From assembly GCA_002269645.1 (NCBI GenBank), contig NIVC01000581.1, forward strand, positions 186,001 through 250,000: DNA of 64,000 bases, given 5' to 3'. The translations under genes were made by a program, and so were the position numbers. A model generated the notes under the pieces. The model saw only the letters and a program-made list of their open reading frames with translations. It had not been told where the DNA came from and did no database searches. The DNA is from Macrostomum lignano (lineage: Eukaryota). Below, in pieces: positions 24,142 through 35,863 of the stretch (its first letter is position 1; every line of letters starts with the position of its first letter).

Positions 24142-25076
24142 GTGTCTCCTATGCACCACGGTCAAGGCAGGCGGTGGCAAGGCACATACGCGAGTGGCTA
24201 GCTTACTGCAAGCAGACCCGCTGCAGTCCTGTATCCTGTCCGCTGAACAGCCTGCTCGACTACCTGGCCAGCCTAGTCGGGACGCGTTTGCGTGCGTACG
24301 GAAGCGTTGCTTTTGTCGCCAGCTCGCTGTCCGTTTGGTTTCGCGTCAACTCTGCACCAGATCTGACGAAGCATGCCGCCACGACTCTCCTCCTGCGAGG
24401 CGCCAAGCGAGAGCTGGGACTTCGGGTGTCGAGAAAACGACCAGTATCGCCGCTCATGTTGTCGGAGATTCATCAGCGAGTCAGTCGTTCTGACGGGCTT
24501 CAGCTGGCATGCTGGGCAGTCACTATCTGCTGTTGGTGGGGCATGCTCCGAAAATCCAGCGTGCTGCCGACTTCGGGAAAAGGTCCGGCACGTGTGCGCT
24601 GCGCTGACATCTTTCGACACCCGCGAGGTCTGATCTTGCGCCTGGAGCAAGGGAAGACTCTCCAGTTCAAAGAGCGGGTGCACCAGGTGCTTCTACCAAG
24701 GCTAGTGAGGCGGACGTCGCTGTGCCCGGTGTTAGCAATCGAGCAGCACGCAAGATTCAATAATCTGCAATCGGCTGATGCGCCTCTATTCACTTATCGC
24801 GACGCCGGAGGCAACCAGCGGCTGCTGACGGGCAGGCAGCTCGATCGCTTCCTAGCGGACAAGCTAGGGGCTGCGGGCTTCAGGTGTGAGCACTTCTCAG
24901 CCCACAGCCTCTGCCGTGGCGGCGCGACCTGGGCCTCGGTGTTGGGTGTGCCGGTGCCCGACATCATGCGGATCGGTGACTGGAAGAGCGACTCAGTGCA
25001 GCGGTATCTCCCGCAGTCGCAGCAGGGCTTGGCAGCTTCCGTCGTGTTTGCTAGAGGTGTGGGATCTCTCGTTTGA
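24018..25076 (+). mobile_element. Tyrosine recombinase of the DIRS/Ngaro-type element; catalytic HxxR mutated to HSLC
   Basis: SAM-like N-terminus YAPRSRQAVARHIREWLAYC; WGMLRKSS (catalytic R); GKTLQF (K); HSLCRGGATW; GDWKSDSVQRY (W, Y). Overlaps the RNase H ORF on the same strand; no methyltransferase domain between them (Ngaro/PAT-like layout). Confidence 0.9.
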
Positions 25077-25650
25077 CGTTGGCATCAGCTTTTCCATGTT
25101 CCGTTTCCTTCAATTTTTTTTTCTTTCGCGCGCTTTCCCGTTGTTGCTTCGGCTTTGGAGGCCTCGTTACTGCTTTCGCTTTCGCCAACATCGCGTATTC
25201 GTGTTTTGCTTTGGGGCACCAATGCAGGGCTTGCAAGTCGCCACACTTCGAACTGCTCTGTTTCAAATGAGACAGCCACAACCACGTTAGCTACACAATG
25301 GAAAGGGTGTAGAGGCCTGTCCCACTGGAAGCAGGCTTGAAATTGAGATTGGTCAACTCTGATTGGCCTGACCGGACTCTCCACTTGAGAGCTGAGACTT
25401 ATGTAAGAGCTCCCTGCTGCCATGCTGGGACTCAGCACAGTTCCCGGCTTGCTGCGAGCAGAATGGGTAAGTATTGCACCTAAGTATAGGGCGTTTGATA
25501 GCACATCAAACTGATGAGAAGTTTATTGAATTTCGAATTTCGTTTAAAATAATGTTGAGACAACATTCATTATTTAAGGAAATTCTTTCAGAGAGCTTGG
25601 TAAGATAGCCTGTGTTTGGTGCTAGGTTTATGACATGTAGGCTGACTGCA

Positions 25651-28600
25651 ATGCATTTCATGCTCACCATAGCAAGCGTTTTCCATCGCCCATCCCCGAC
25701 CACCCCGGATGGATCAGCGGCAGAGCCGAAGAACGAATTCGACGCGGTCGAAGCGCTGCTGGAGAATCCGGCAGATCGGCGGCTTGGCCTGGCGCAGAAT
25801 TTTCAGCGTCATCATCAGCAGGTATTTTGCATGGTGAAATCCACCTGCCTACTCAGCTCAGCTGAAACAGCTCAGTTTTTGAGACGGCTTCTTCTCAGAT
25901 TAGAATGCTTCAGTGCCAAACTTGGGCCCGCGGGGCTGGCAAAGCTTGAGCTGCTGCCCCGCCACTCAATAGTCCGGGCTGAGCAGCGATGCCTGAATTA
26001 TGCATGAAGTCCGCTGCCTGATGCGGGAACCGCTTGGACAGCACTTGCCGCTGCGGCACCGCACCATTTCTCACATTTGTGCACTGCTAGGCACTATTTA
26101 TAGATTTCTAAACTTGGTTTTGCTTTTAAACTGCGAGGACCAGCATGAAAAAACTGCTGATCGACCTGTGGTAGATCAGACTGAGACTGAGATCGATAAG
26201 TCTTAATAAACTTGCCCAACTCGCCTCTTGCAGAGCTCTCACTCAGTCTCGTCTGCAGAAGACTCGTTGGCTACCACGGGTAGTGCTGCGAGCGCCGCGG
26301 CAGACGAGACAGCAACCTGGAACGCTGCAGTTTTCCCAGTCAGCTGCGATGACGACAATGAGGACCACCGATCCAGCCTGCTCATGACCACTGTGAATGT
26401 TGTCAACTGCGTCATCGGCTCGGGCATAGTTGGTCAGTAATTTACCTTGAACTCAGAATAACTCCTGTCTAAAGCTGCTTAATGCCTTGCGTGGAACTGC
26501 AACTCCGCTGTTAGAGCTGGGGCGAATCCAATTAATGTGAATGATGGACACCTGCATCGTGGCACAGTGCGTACTGCACCTCCTGCACCAGGAAAAGCAA
26601 TAAGCTGCGACAGCCCCAACTCAGTAGTGTCTTGCCTTTTGCCCCGCCTTTTTTTAATGCCAGTCACTGGCTGCCTCTCATAGCCTGCACGAGATGTGGC
26701 AGAGAACTGGGGAAAAGTTGGCGGCCGGGGCGGCTGTCCGCATTGCGTGGCCTCCACTGGCGGTGGGCGTGCGGGCAGCGGGCAGAAACTGCTGCGAGGC
26801 GCGGCTGCTCCGGCACCCCCTGCGGGCTCCGACGTGAGCCGATGCGTGAGGGTCTGCGTAGCTGGGATTTGCGGGTGAACTCCCAAAGTCGGCTACTCTC
26901 ACAAGGCCTGTAGCTGTAGTTTAAGTCTCCTGCAGCCTGCTTGTTGTCTCCGCTGCACTATATTCTGGCTACCCTTGTCCCTGGCTTGTGGCGAATGACA
27001 AGTATGGATTTTGAGAAAATTCTAATTAAAGCTTCCATAATATTGGAAACGATATGCTCAGAAATGCGTGTGTACTGGCTTTACCATCTGAATGTGTGAA
27101 ATACGAGCCATATGTTTAATACTCGTTAGTTTGACTCGTATGTAGCAAGAGCTGCAAGCATGGAAACAAAAAATTAATTATAGTCTACTTTTCCAGAGCA
27201 GTAAGTAACCATATAGCACTAAAGCATAAAGACTATAAATGTACAGTACGACTTTAGACTACATCGGGTGTTGCCTACAAGACTAAAATGGGTGTCCTCT
27301 GTGAGACTAGATGCCGTGAGACTAGATGCCTTGCAACTAGATCGGGTATTACCTGTGAGACCAGATCAGGCGTCCATCGCGAGACTAAATCCGGTATTCC
27401 CTGTGAGACCAGATCAGGTGTCCAGACTAGATCCGGTATTCCCTGTGAGACCAGATCAGGTGTCCAGACTAGATCCGGTATTTCCTGTGAGACCAGATCA
27501 GGTGTCCAGACTAGATCCGGTATTCCCTGTGAGACCAGATCAGGTGTCCAGACTAGATCCGGTATTCCCTGTGAGACCAGATCAGGTGTCCAGACTAGAT
27601 CCGGTATTCCCTGTGAGACCAGATCAGGTGTCCAGACTAGATCCGGTATTCCCTGTGAGACCAGATCAGGTGTCCAGACTAGATCCGGTATTCCCTGTGA
27701 GACCAGATCAGGTCTCCAGACTAGATCCGGTATTCCCTGTGAGACCAGATCAGGTGTCCAGACTAGATCGGGGGTCACCTGAACAGACACAACACGCCTT
27801 CTCAATGAGCCCCGAACCGCCACCAGGCATTCCCTTCGCCCTGCACTGCTCCGGCATCGGCCTGGGCCTCCTGCTGCTGGCTGCTGTGGCGCTGGCCACC
27901 GACTACTCCATCCACCTCATCGTCACCGGAGGCGCCCTCTCAAATACCGTCTCTTATCAGGTATTAGCCACTTTTTCTGTTCTATTGACTCAAAATTAAC
28001 TTGTTTGATGCCGGATCGTTTAATGAAGAACAGTTACGGAGGAGGCAAAGATCTGATATCTGGGCAAGGACGACATGATAAATAGTATTGGAGACCGGTG
28101 AAAAAAACAGAACTGAAGTTCACTTGGTACATGAAAATAAAGGAGAGAAAGCTTAACACATTTTTTTGCATTCCTTTGTGAGTTGTCCTTGTCTGTGGCA
28201 TCGGCAACGCCAGGCATATTTTATCCGCTTTCCAGAACATGGCCAGAGTTTCCCTCGGCAAAGCGGGCTACCTGACTGCCACCGCCATGCAGGCCGTCTA
28301 CCCCTTCATCTGTGAGTCCGCTAGTTTCTTGTCCTGTGTCAAAGGACCACTGTTAGTCCCGTGAGAGTACTAGGCCAAGGACCACTGTTAGTCCCTTACT
28401 AGCCAAGGACCACTGTTAGTCCCTTACTAGCCAAGGACCACTGTTAGTCCCTTACTAGCCAAGGACCACTGTTAGTCCCTTACTAGCCAAGGACCACTGT
28501 TAGTCCCTTACTAGCCAAGGACCACTGTTAGTCCCGTGAGAGTACTAGGCCAAGGACCACTGTTAGTCCCTTACTAGTCAAGGACCACTGTTAGTCCCGT

Positions 28601-31600
28601 GAGAGTACTAGGCCAAGGACCACTGTTAGTCCCTTACTAGCCAAGGACCACTGTTAGTCCCTTGCGAGTACTAGGCCAAGGACCACTGTTAGTCCCTTAC
28701 CAGCCAAGGACCACTGTTAGTCCCTTGCGAGTACTAGGCCAAGGACCACTGTTAGTCCCTTACTAGCCAAGGACGACTGTTAGTCCCGTGATAGTACTAG
28801 GCCAAGGACCACTGTTAGTCCCTTACTAGCCAAAGACCACTGTTAGTCCCTTACTAGCATGGACCACTGTTAGTCTCGTGAGACTACTAGCCTGTTTACC
28901 TCGCCAATGCGTGCACAATTTTCCCTTTAACTGGACTCCAGCTCTGGTCAGCTACAATGTCATAATTGGGGACTCCATTGCCGAGATTGTCATCCGGACT
29001 CGAGGACGTGAGTAAATTTTTAAGCATTGGGTGCCGTAAATTCGTTGCTGAGCGTCGATGAATCTCAGCTGAGAATGGATCCACGAGTTCGAATTCCAAT
29101 TCCAAATCCCACAGCGGAGGCGCGCCATTCAGTTTTGGCCAACCGAAACTTTGCCGTCTTCCTCGCTTCGCTGTTCGTCTGCCTGCCGCTCAGCTTGTAC
29201 CGCAACATCTCTAAGCTGTCCAAGGTATGCGATGAGATGCATTTTGCAAGGTAGCTTTAAATTAATAAATTTAATGAAAGTAGCTACCAATGCATTTTTT
29301 TCATTTTTTAAACTTTTACGCGAGCCAACGAACAAAAAGGTTAAAAGGTCAAGTTTATTTACCGACAGTCGGCAGTGCAATTTTTGACCCTGAGAAACTC
29401 AAGTTTCAGAAACAACTTATACTATGCACAACTGAAATTTGTAACTTAAACGAAAATCAAGTTGTTTGGAATTTTTTTCTCTGAGTAGTTCGAACCGAAA
29501 GTGCATCAGCAGCCGACTGGGCCACGCCCAGATCACCACTGCTCGTCGACTCCACTGGCCTGCTTTGGCTGCCGCTCCAGCTGGATGTACTCTGCAACCA
29601 AGTCAACCGTTCGCTTCTCGGCCTCGGCAAAGTCCGCCTCGGTGAGGCCTTCGTACCAGTGCATGAAGGCGCGCTTCTTGAACATCTTGCGAAATTTGTC
29701 CACAGAGCGGGCCAGCGCGCGGGCCACGGCGGTGTGGTTGGCCACCAGCGTCCCACTGGCCGTAAAGCCCGGCGGCGGGATGTCGCAGACGGAGCGCATC
29801 ACGGCGTCCGGCACCAGGCCGCTGCTGGCGATGCGGCCGTTGGCCTTGGCGACTGCCGCGTCCACCTGCGCCATGCTGAGCCGGCCGCGGAACAGGGCGG
29901 CGCAGGCCAGGTAGCGGGCCTGCTTGTCGTCCCAGTGCATGAGGAAATTTTCCCTGCTCACCAATTCCTGCAAGAAAAAGGTTGCTTTGGCTGCTTCTGA
30001 GGTTGTTTCTAAGACACGAGCTAAATGAAAATGCAATTGGACTGGATTAGTGCTCCTTGATTTTTAGCTCGCCTTGAAATTAAAGGCTTTGAATTTTAGC
30101 ACTGAAGCCGAGCTAGCGCCTCGAATCTCTTAGAATGAAACCTTTTGTACTTTCTCATCGCCTGTCGAAGTTCCTGAGGGACGGTCAAACCGACAATGAA
30201 TAAGAATGCCGAAGGAGTTGCTGCTATCCGGCATCGCGGATATCCTGCTATCCTAGCTGTCTTACAAATCGTGGACCTAAATCTTGGTGAATATGCGATC
30301 TTTAATAGAACTGACGCGCCTGCAAAGCGACCGAAAGATCGCCGGGTGAACTGGGAGTTCCCTATCAAAAAGCCATCACTGGATAAGCAATCACCTGCAT
30401 GAGACCCTGTGGGCCGAGGTTGCGGCTTTGCTCGGCGAAATTGCGGGCCAGCGGAGCCTGGCTGAGAGTCAGGAAGTGCAGCCGGGGAAACGGCACAAGG
30501 TTGGCGGTGACGCCGCGCCAGTCGGAATTCTGCTGGCCGGGGAACCGGACGCAGGCGGTGGTGCCGGACATGGCCAGCGCGGCCACGGAGTTCATGACGT
30601 CGTAGTTCGGGTGAGCGGTGCGCAGCTTGCCGGAGCCGATGCGCGCGAGCGCCTCGTTGTCGATTGCGCAGACCACGTCGGCGCTGTCGATCAGAGCGGG
30701 CACGCTCAGCACTGCATTGTAGGGCTCGACCACCTTGTCCGAGACCACCGGGCTGGGCAGCACCGTCCAGGTCGTCACCAGCCGGGTGTTGTCGTCGCGC
30801 AGTTCGCGCAGAAATGCGCTGACGAGGCCCGAGCCAGTGCCGCCGCCGATGGCATGGATGACCTGCACGGCCTGGAGGGATTCGAGAGTCTCGCTGACGC
30901 GCCGGAAGTTTTCCATCAGGTTGTCGACGACCTTGCTGCGGTGCAGCAGTCCGTGCGAGAAAACGTTGCCCGTGCCAGCCGAGCCGCTCACGTGCGGCAG
31001 GGTGATGAGCATTGGCAGCTGCCATCTGTTGTACTTGGTCGAGTCTGTCACGTTGCCGGAGTCCACCAGGATAGCCCGCGGCACGTGTCGCTTCATTTCG
31101 ATGTCGCTGAAGTACACATCGATGTACTGAAGTTGCAGGTGGCTGTTGCCGTGGTACACTCCCAGGTGGTCCACCCCGTGCTCCGTCCGAATGTAGTCCC
31201 AGAACTGTTTTCAGGCATACAAGAATTAGGAAGTTTTCTGTGACTTTTCCACACACCTTCATAAGTTTTTAATTATAGAGGCTCACCTGATTTCCTAGCC
31301 GGATGCCGGCGCCACCCACTTGCACAGTGAGAATCTCCCGCATGGCGAATGGATCTTGGCTGGCTGGGCAGTTCGTTATGGAATGCAGCAGGAACGGTTT
31401 GACTCTAGCAGCAAAATGCGCGCATATCCTTAACTGCTTGTCTGTGGTTCAACCCAGGGACATTTGCCGAGCCAGTTGCGATCATGGAGGAAAGAATAGA
31501 ATGGAGTGCTAATCTGAGCCAGTTATTTTTATCTCGCTCGATTTTCGCTTTTAACATCCCTTTCCCCCCGTTCTTTCCTATTGGCTCGTGACTGCCATAG

Positions 31601-33706
31601 ACAAAGTATTTTTCGTCTCGTTTTCGCTTTCGTTCCCCTCTAAAAGGTACGAGCGTATGTCCCAGCATAGTACGAGCTCGCATCAAAATATGCTTTCAGC
31701 CAATAGGAAGGAACGGGGGGGAAAGGGATGTTAAAAGCGAAAATCGAGCGAGAAAAATAACTGGCTCAGATTAGCACTCCATTCTATTCTTTCCTCCATG
31801 GTTGCGATTAACGCTACACACGTCTAACGCCTTGGGTAAAAGAGTTGATAAACTTCCATTTTTTGAGCATATTAGCAGCAAATTGAGCCGCAGAACATGA
31901 GAACGCAGTGTTGGGGTTATAATGGTAATTACTGGTTACTAATGCCCTCGTAGAGTTTTCTTTACTTACCTCCCGAATTTCGGATATCCCATGTCGCACG
32001 TTTCCATTGTATTTCAGACATCGCTTCTGTCAACTGCGGTCCTGTGCCTCATCATGCTTTCTATGGCCTCCAGACTGTCCGCCTACTCGCCTGTTGCGTA
32101 AGTTGTTCCCGCTCAAGCATCGGTTCTCAGGCATATCAAGCATAGTGCTGAGTTAATGCTAGCTGCTGAGTTAAAGTTGCTGAGTTAAAGTTGCAGTTGC
32201 AGCTGAGATCTTCACGAGCTGTAGCCCGCTCCAGCATACTTATGAATTGATTTTTTTGGCCGGACCGCCACGAAATAGCGTATACAAAAACAGCAAAATC
32301 GATTAGTTAAAGTATACCAATAGAACCACAATGCCTCTAATTTATTGATACTTTATTTGCAGTAAAATAACTCGTAGCAGCATACTAAATTTATAAGATT
32401 GCCTAAGAAACTTTTTTGATACTCTACTAATAGTAGAAATATAAGGAAAATACGCTAACAGTAGAAAAAAAATAGAGTACTTTCAATACACATACATGTA
32501 CTGTTCCTTAGTCCTAGTCCTCAAGAGTCCTTGAGGATAAGAAGATTGATACCTCGCGTGTTCCTCTTTGTTAGGGATATCTTTTGAAAGATAATTTTGA
32601 TCTTTTGAAAGCTACTTCCAGTTTGCTTGTATTTACACTGGCAAATTTAGAATGAGGTGAAAGCGCAAGGTGAGTTTGCATCAGACTTTCATGGCTCTGC
32701 AACCCTGCTTCACCAGAACGCCTGCGGAGTTTGAGTGGACATTCGCCAATGACAGAGTTCCCCAGGCCGTGTGCATTATGGCTGCCGGTGAGACACATCG
32801 TTTCTCAAGCACTTCTTGATTCGCTTATCAGTAGCACGAGCACTGCATACTGCAACGCTCACAGGAAGAGGTGTCAAGCATTTCACGACACCCCCATATT
32901 AAACTGCAGCTTTCATGTGCCAGCACAGCACGCACCTGTGCTTTCACTCGCTGCAGCGTCGCAGCCTGTCGCGCTGGTCGCTCGTGTCGCACGCCGCCGT
33001 TGGCAGCTGCCTGCTGATCTTCGGCATCTTCGGCGCCCTCGGCTTCGCCACCTTCACCTCGGCTGTGCAGCCCGATGTGCTGGAAAATTACTGCAGCTGG
33101 GACGACCTGATCAACTTCTCCCGGCTGCTGTTCGCTGCATCTCTCGTGCTCACCTTCCCAGTTGACTGCTTCGTAGTCAGAGAGGTCGTGGAGACCTTTC
33201 TGTTCCAGCGCCCCGGCTCGCCGCTCTGGCGCCACGTGACAGTCACCGGCACCGTCGTCGGCTGTGCATTTCTGGTCTCCATGGCAACACCTTGTCTTAA
33301 CATTGTTCTGCAGCTGAATGTGAGGAATTTTTGAAGTTCACGAATAATAGCTGGATGTATTCAGCCCGAGACCATTCTCACCGACCCCTCCCTCACCCAG
33401 GGCATCCTCACAGCGGCTCCGCTCGCTTTCATCCTGCCGCCGCTGTGCGTGCTGCAGCTGCAGGACGAGCCCTTCTGCCGGCTGGCAAACCTCCCGCTGC
33501 TGGCCACCGCCGCCTTTGGCTGCCTCATCGTCGCCGCTGGCTTCGCCGCGATAGTCGCGGACCTGTGGAGCGGCGGAGGTGCAGGCGTCGGTGGGTCCGC
33601 ATCTGCCTGCTTCGGGATCCGCGGTGCCGAGACGGCTTCAGCCGCGCTAGCGTACTGCCTGACATCTTCGGCGGCCAACAGCAGCGCAGCGGCTGCTGCC
33701 GGTTGA
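25651..33706 (+). CDS. SLC38A11: SLC38A11-like amino-acid transporter (AAAP family). Exons 25651(uncertain start)-25821, 26234-26432, 27827-27960, 28236-28311, 28942-29007, 29115-29224, 32018-32097, 32717-32787, 32910-33319, 33401-33706
   Basis: All GT-AG junctions are phase-consistent. Motifs NVVNCVIGSGIVGIPF, TDYSIHLIVTGGALS..YQ, YPFI..SYNVIIGD, LPLSLYRNISKLSK, AFMCQHST..SL, VLQLNGILTAAPLAFILP match SLC38A11 as recalled. The 5'-most exon is the least certain. Confidence 0.88.
27350..27770. repeat. 42-bp minisatellite x~10 in SLC38A11 intron 2
   Basis: Unit CCTGTGAGACCAGATCAGGTGTCCAGACTAGATCCGGTATTC. Confidence 0.95.
28345..28875. repeat. 28-bp minisatellite with longer variant units, filling SLC38A11 intron 4
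   Basis: Unit GGACCACTGTTAGTCCCTTACTAGCCAA, with GTGAGAGTACTAGG-type variants. Confidence 0.95.
29533..31343 (-). CDS. Highly divergent beta-like tubulin, 433 aa; exons 31343-31287, 31204-30395, 29967-29533; nested antisense in an SLC38A11 intron
   Basis: Exon 1 MREILTVQVGGAGIRLGNQ ends at codon 19 (the conserved beta-tubulin intron position), then FW..EHG..PRAILVD, GGGTGSG, VVEPYNA, IDNEAL, RFPGQ, VPFPRLHF, beta-type CDIPP loop and AFMHWY. All junctions are GT-AG, phase 0, with no internal stops. Confidence 0.92.
31483..31800. mobile_element. 318-bp MITE, ~104-bp TIRs, perfect 8-bp TSD (P-element- or hAT-class)
   Basis: CATGGAGG...CCTCCATG ends; TIRs 31483-31586 and 31698-31800; TSD GTTGCGAT at 31475-31482 and 31801-31808. 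Confidence 0.9.
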
Positions 33707-33742
33707 CTTTGATTTTGCCTTTTCAATAAGTACTTATAAGTG

Positions 33743-33972
33743 ATCCTGATCTATAAGTACATGCAGATCTATAAGTACATGCAGATCTATAAGTACATGC
33801 AGATCTATAAGTACATGCAGATCTATAAGTACAAGCAGATCTATAAGTACAAGCAGATCTATAAGTACATGTGGATCTATAAATACATGCAGATCTATAA
33901 GTACATGCAGATATATAAGTACATGCAGATCTATAAGTACATGCAGATCTATAAGTACATGCAGATCTATAA
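33743..33972. repeat. 18-bp minisatellite (GATCTATAAGTACATGCA) x~13 just after the SLC38A11 stop
   Basis: Direct reading. Confidence 0.95.
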
Positions 33973-34351
33973 CTCCGCCCGGGACAAAGCTGGCCCTCGT
34001 GGTGCATTCCCCCCCCCCAAAGTCGCATCAGTCAAAACATGCTCGCACAGCCGACCATTCTTTCTGGCTCGGCCTCGTCCGTATTGGATCCAAAAAAATT
34101 CTCAGCTACAAGTAACCTGTACTCAATGTACTCAGTTTTGAACTTCTAGCTAATCGGGCTAAAAAATTAAGCTTTAGTTTTAACCGACAGTTGGTCCGTC
34201 GAGCTGAGCCAATTGGGATTCATTGGCAGAGATCTGAAGCTTTGAAGCAAGTTGAAGCTTGACAAGAGCATGACGTGGCATTTGTTTCCACAATCTCTTT
34301 TAGCGCCGCTGAGTCAACTATAGCTATATTGAATTTGACAAAGTTTGGCTG

Positions 34352-34562
34352 TAGGTCAGTAGGTCAGTAGATCAGTAGGTCAGTTGGTCAGTAGGTCAGT
34401 AGGTCAGTAGGTCAGTAGATCAGTAGGTCAGTAGGTCAGTAGGTCAGTAGATCAGTAGGTCAGTAGGTCAGTAGGTCAGTAGGTCAGTAGGTCAGTAGGT
34501 CAGTAGGTCAGTAGGTCAGTAGGTCAGTAGGTCAGTTGGTCAGTAGGTCAGTTGGTCAGTAG
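34352..34562. repeat. 8-bp tandem repeat (TAGGTCAG) x~26
   Basis: Direct reading. Confidence 0.95.
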
Positions 34563-35863
34563 GAATACCAAGCTATTTTTCCACCCGTCGAGCTACGTCG
34601 AATGTCCATATCCATATTTCATAGTCTCAGCATTGGAAGCAATGCACATTAGAAAACTTAGTCCAAACCTAATAATTCATATAGACAATAACCGCGCCAG
34701 CGTCCAGCTTAAAATATTCTGAACTTTAGTACCATCTATTCTACTTCATATTCATATCATTTATCTGACTTGCGCCGTTCAGCATTCAGTGTTTCATTTG
34801 CAAAAATCTGCTTAAAAAACAGCATTATATACCTGGTTTAGCGAAACATGTCGCATAATTAAATTACTACGTAAAAACAATTTCTTCGTCGATTTTTCTC
34901 TTTTTGATTCTTACGAGATTCAGAAAACTTTCTAAGTTGTACTGCAAGATCAGCACTAGATATGGAATCACAGTACCAGAAAGGACCTGCTTGACCGTTT
35001 AGAACTGTGTGACCACGAATTTATGCGCTTAAGTATAACTATTGAATATATTGAAGTCTCAATTTAATCCCTTACCAGCATAATTTCAGTCATGCAATTT
35101 CGAAAAGCCCGGACAGACGCAGGCTACCTGGGTGGCCCTAGCCCGGACCACTGCTCCAGTGCACTGCAGCTTGCTTGCATTCACTGAGAAAGCTCAGTGA
35201 GACAGAATTCTGTTTGCCCATTTTTTCAAACTCGTTGCTCACCTCCGGGCCGGCCTTACTGCAGTTGGATCACATGACGCCTCGTATTAATGATGTCTTG
35301 AGTATGCTCAGGGAATGCCATCAATAGGCACACTTGTGTGCAAATGCAAACATGCGCTCCTACATGGCCAGCCCAAATCATTCTCCGCCCCAGAACAACT
35401 CGCGCTGCTCTGCTTGTTTGCTGAGCTCTCCTGAACCACGAGAAATGCGCAGGCCAGTTGCTGGGCTCAGAGAGAGCCGCCAAAGTGAACGTTAGAAAGC
35501 GCGATTCGCTAACGTTTTGCTTTGTTTGACGAGTTCCTGTGGCTTGCATGGGCCTGCTGACTGTGTCAACTGTGCAGAAGGGGGCATGAAAACCCTGTAA
35601 ATCGTGTTGCAAGGCTCGATTAATCCTTTTAAATCTACACACCTCGCGCACAACTCTTTGCGGGCTTATTGAATTATTTGACTAACTGTCGAAATTCCCT
35701 ACTTCACTGTCTCAGTCTGTTTCGAAATGTGCACCAAATCCAACTTTAGCACAATAGCCGAAGACTTTGGTCAAGACACTCTAAACAGGTTTCCACAGGC
35801 CTCCGAAAGCTGGGGCATCAGTTCGGCAGCAACAAAATAGGCTGCTTGTAATTAAGCTGCCCA

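Noticed and set aside
27268-27826. In-frame 42-bp repeat upstream of SLC38A11 exon 3 as an N-terminal extension or alternative acceptors
   Set aside because: Homology places the exon start at 27827. Phase-compatible AGs exist in each unit, but their use would insert repeats into TM1; no support.
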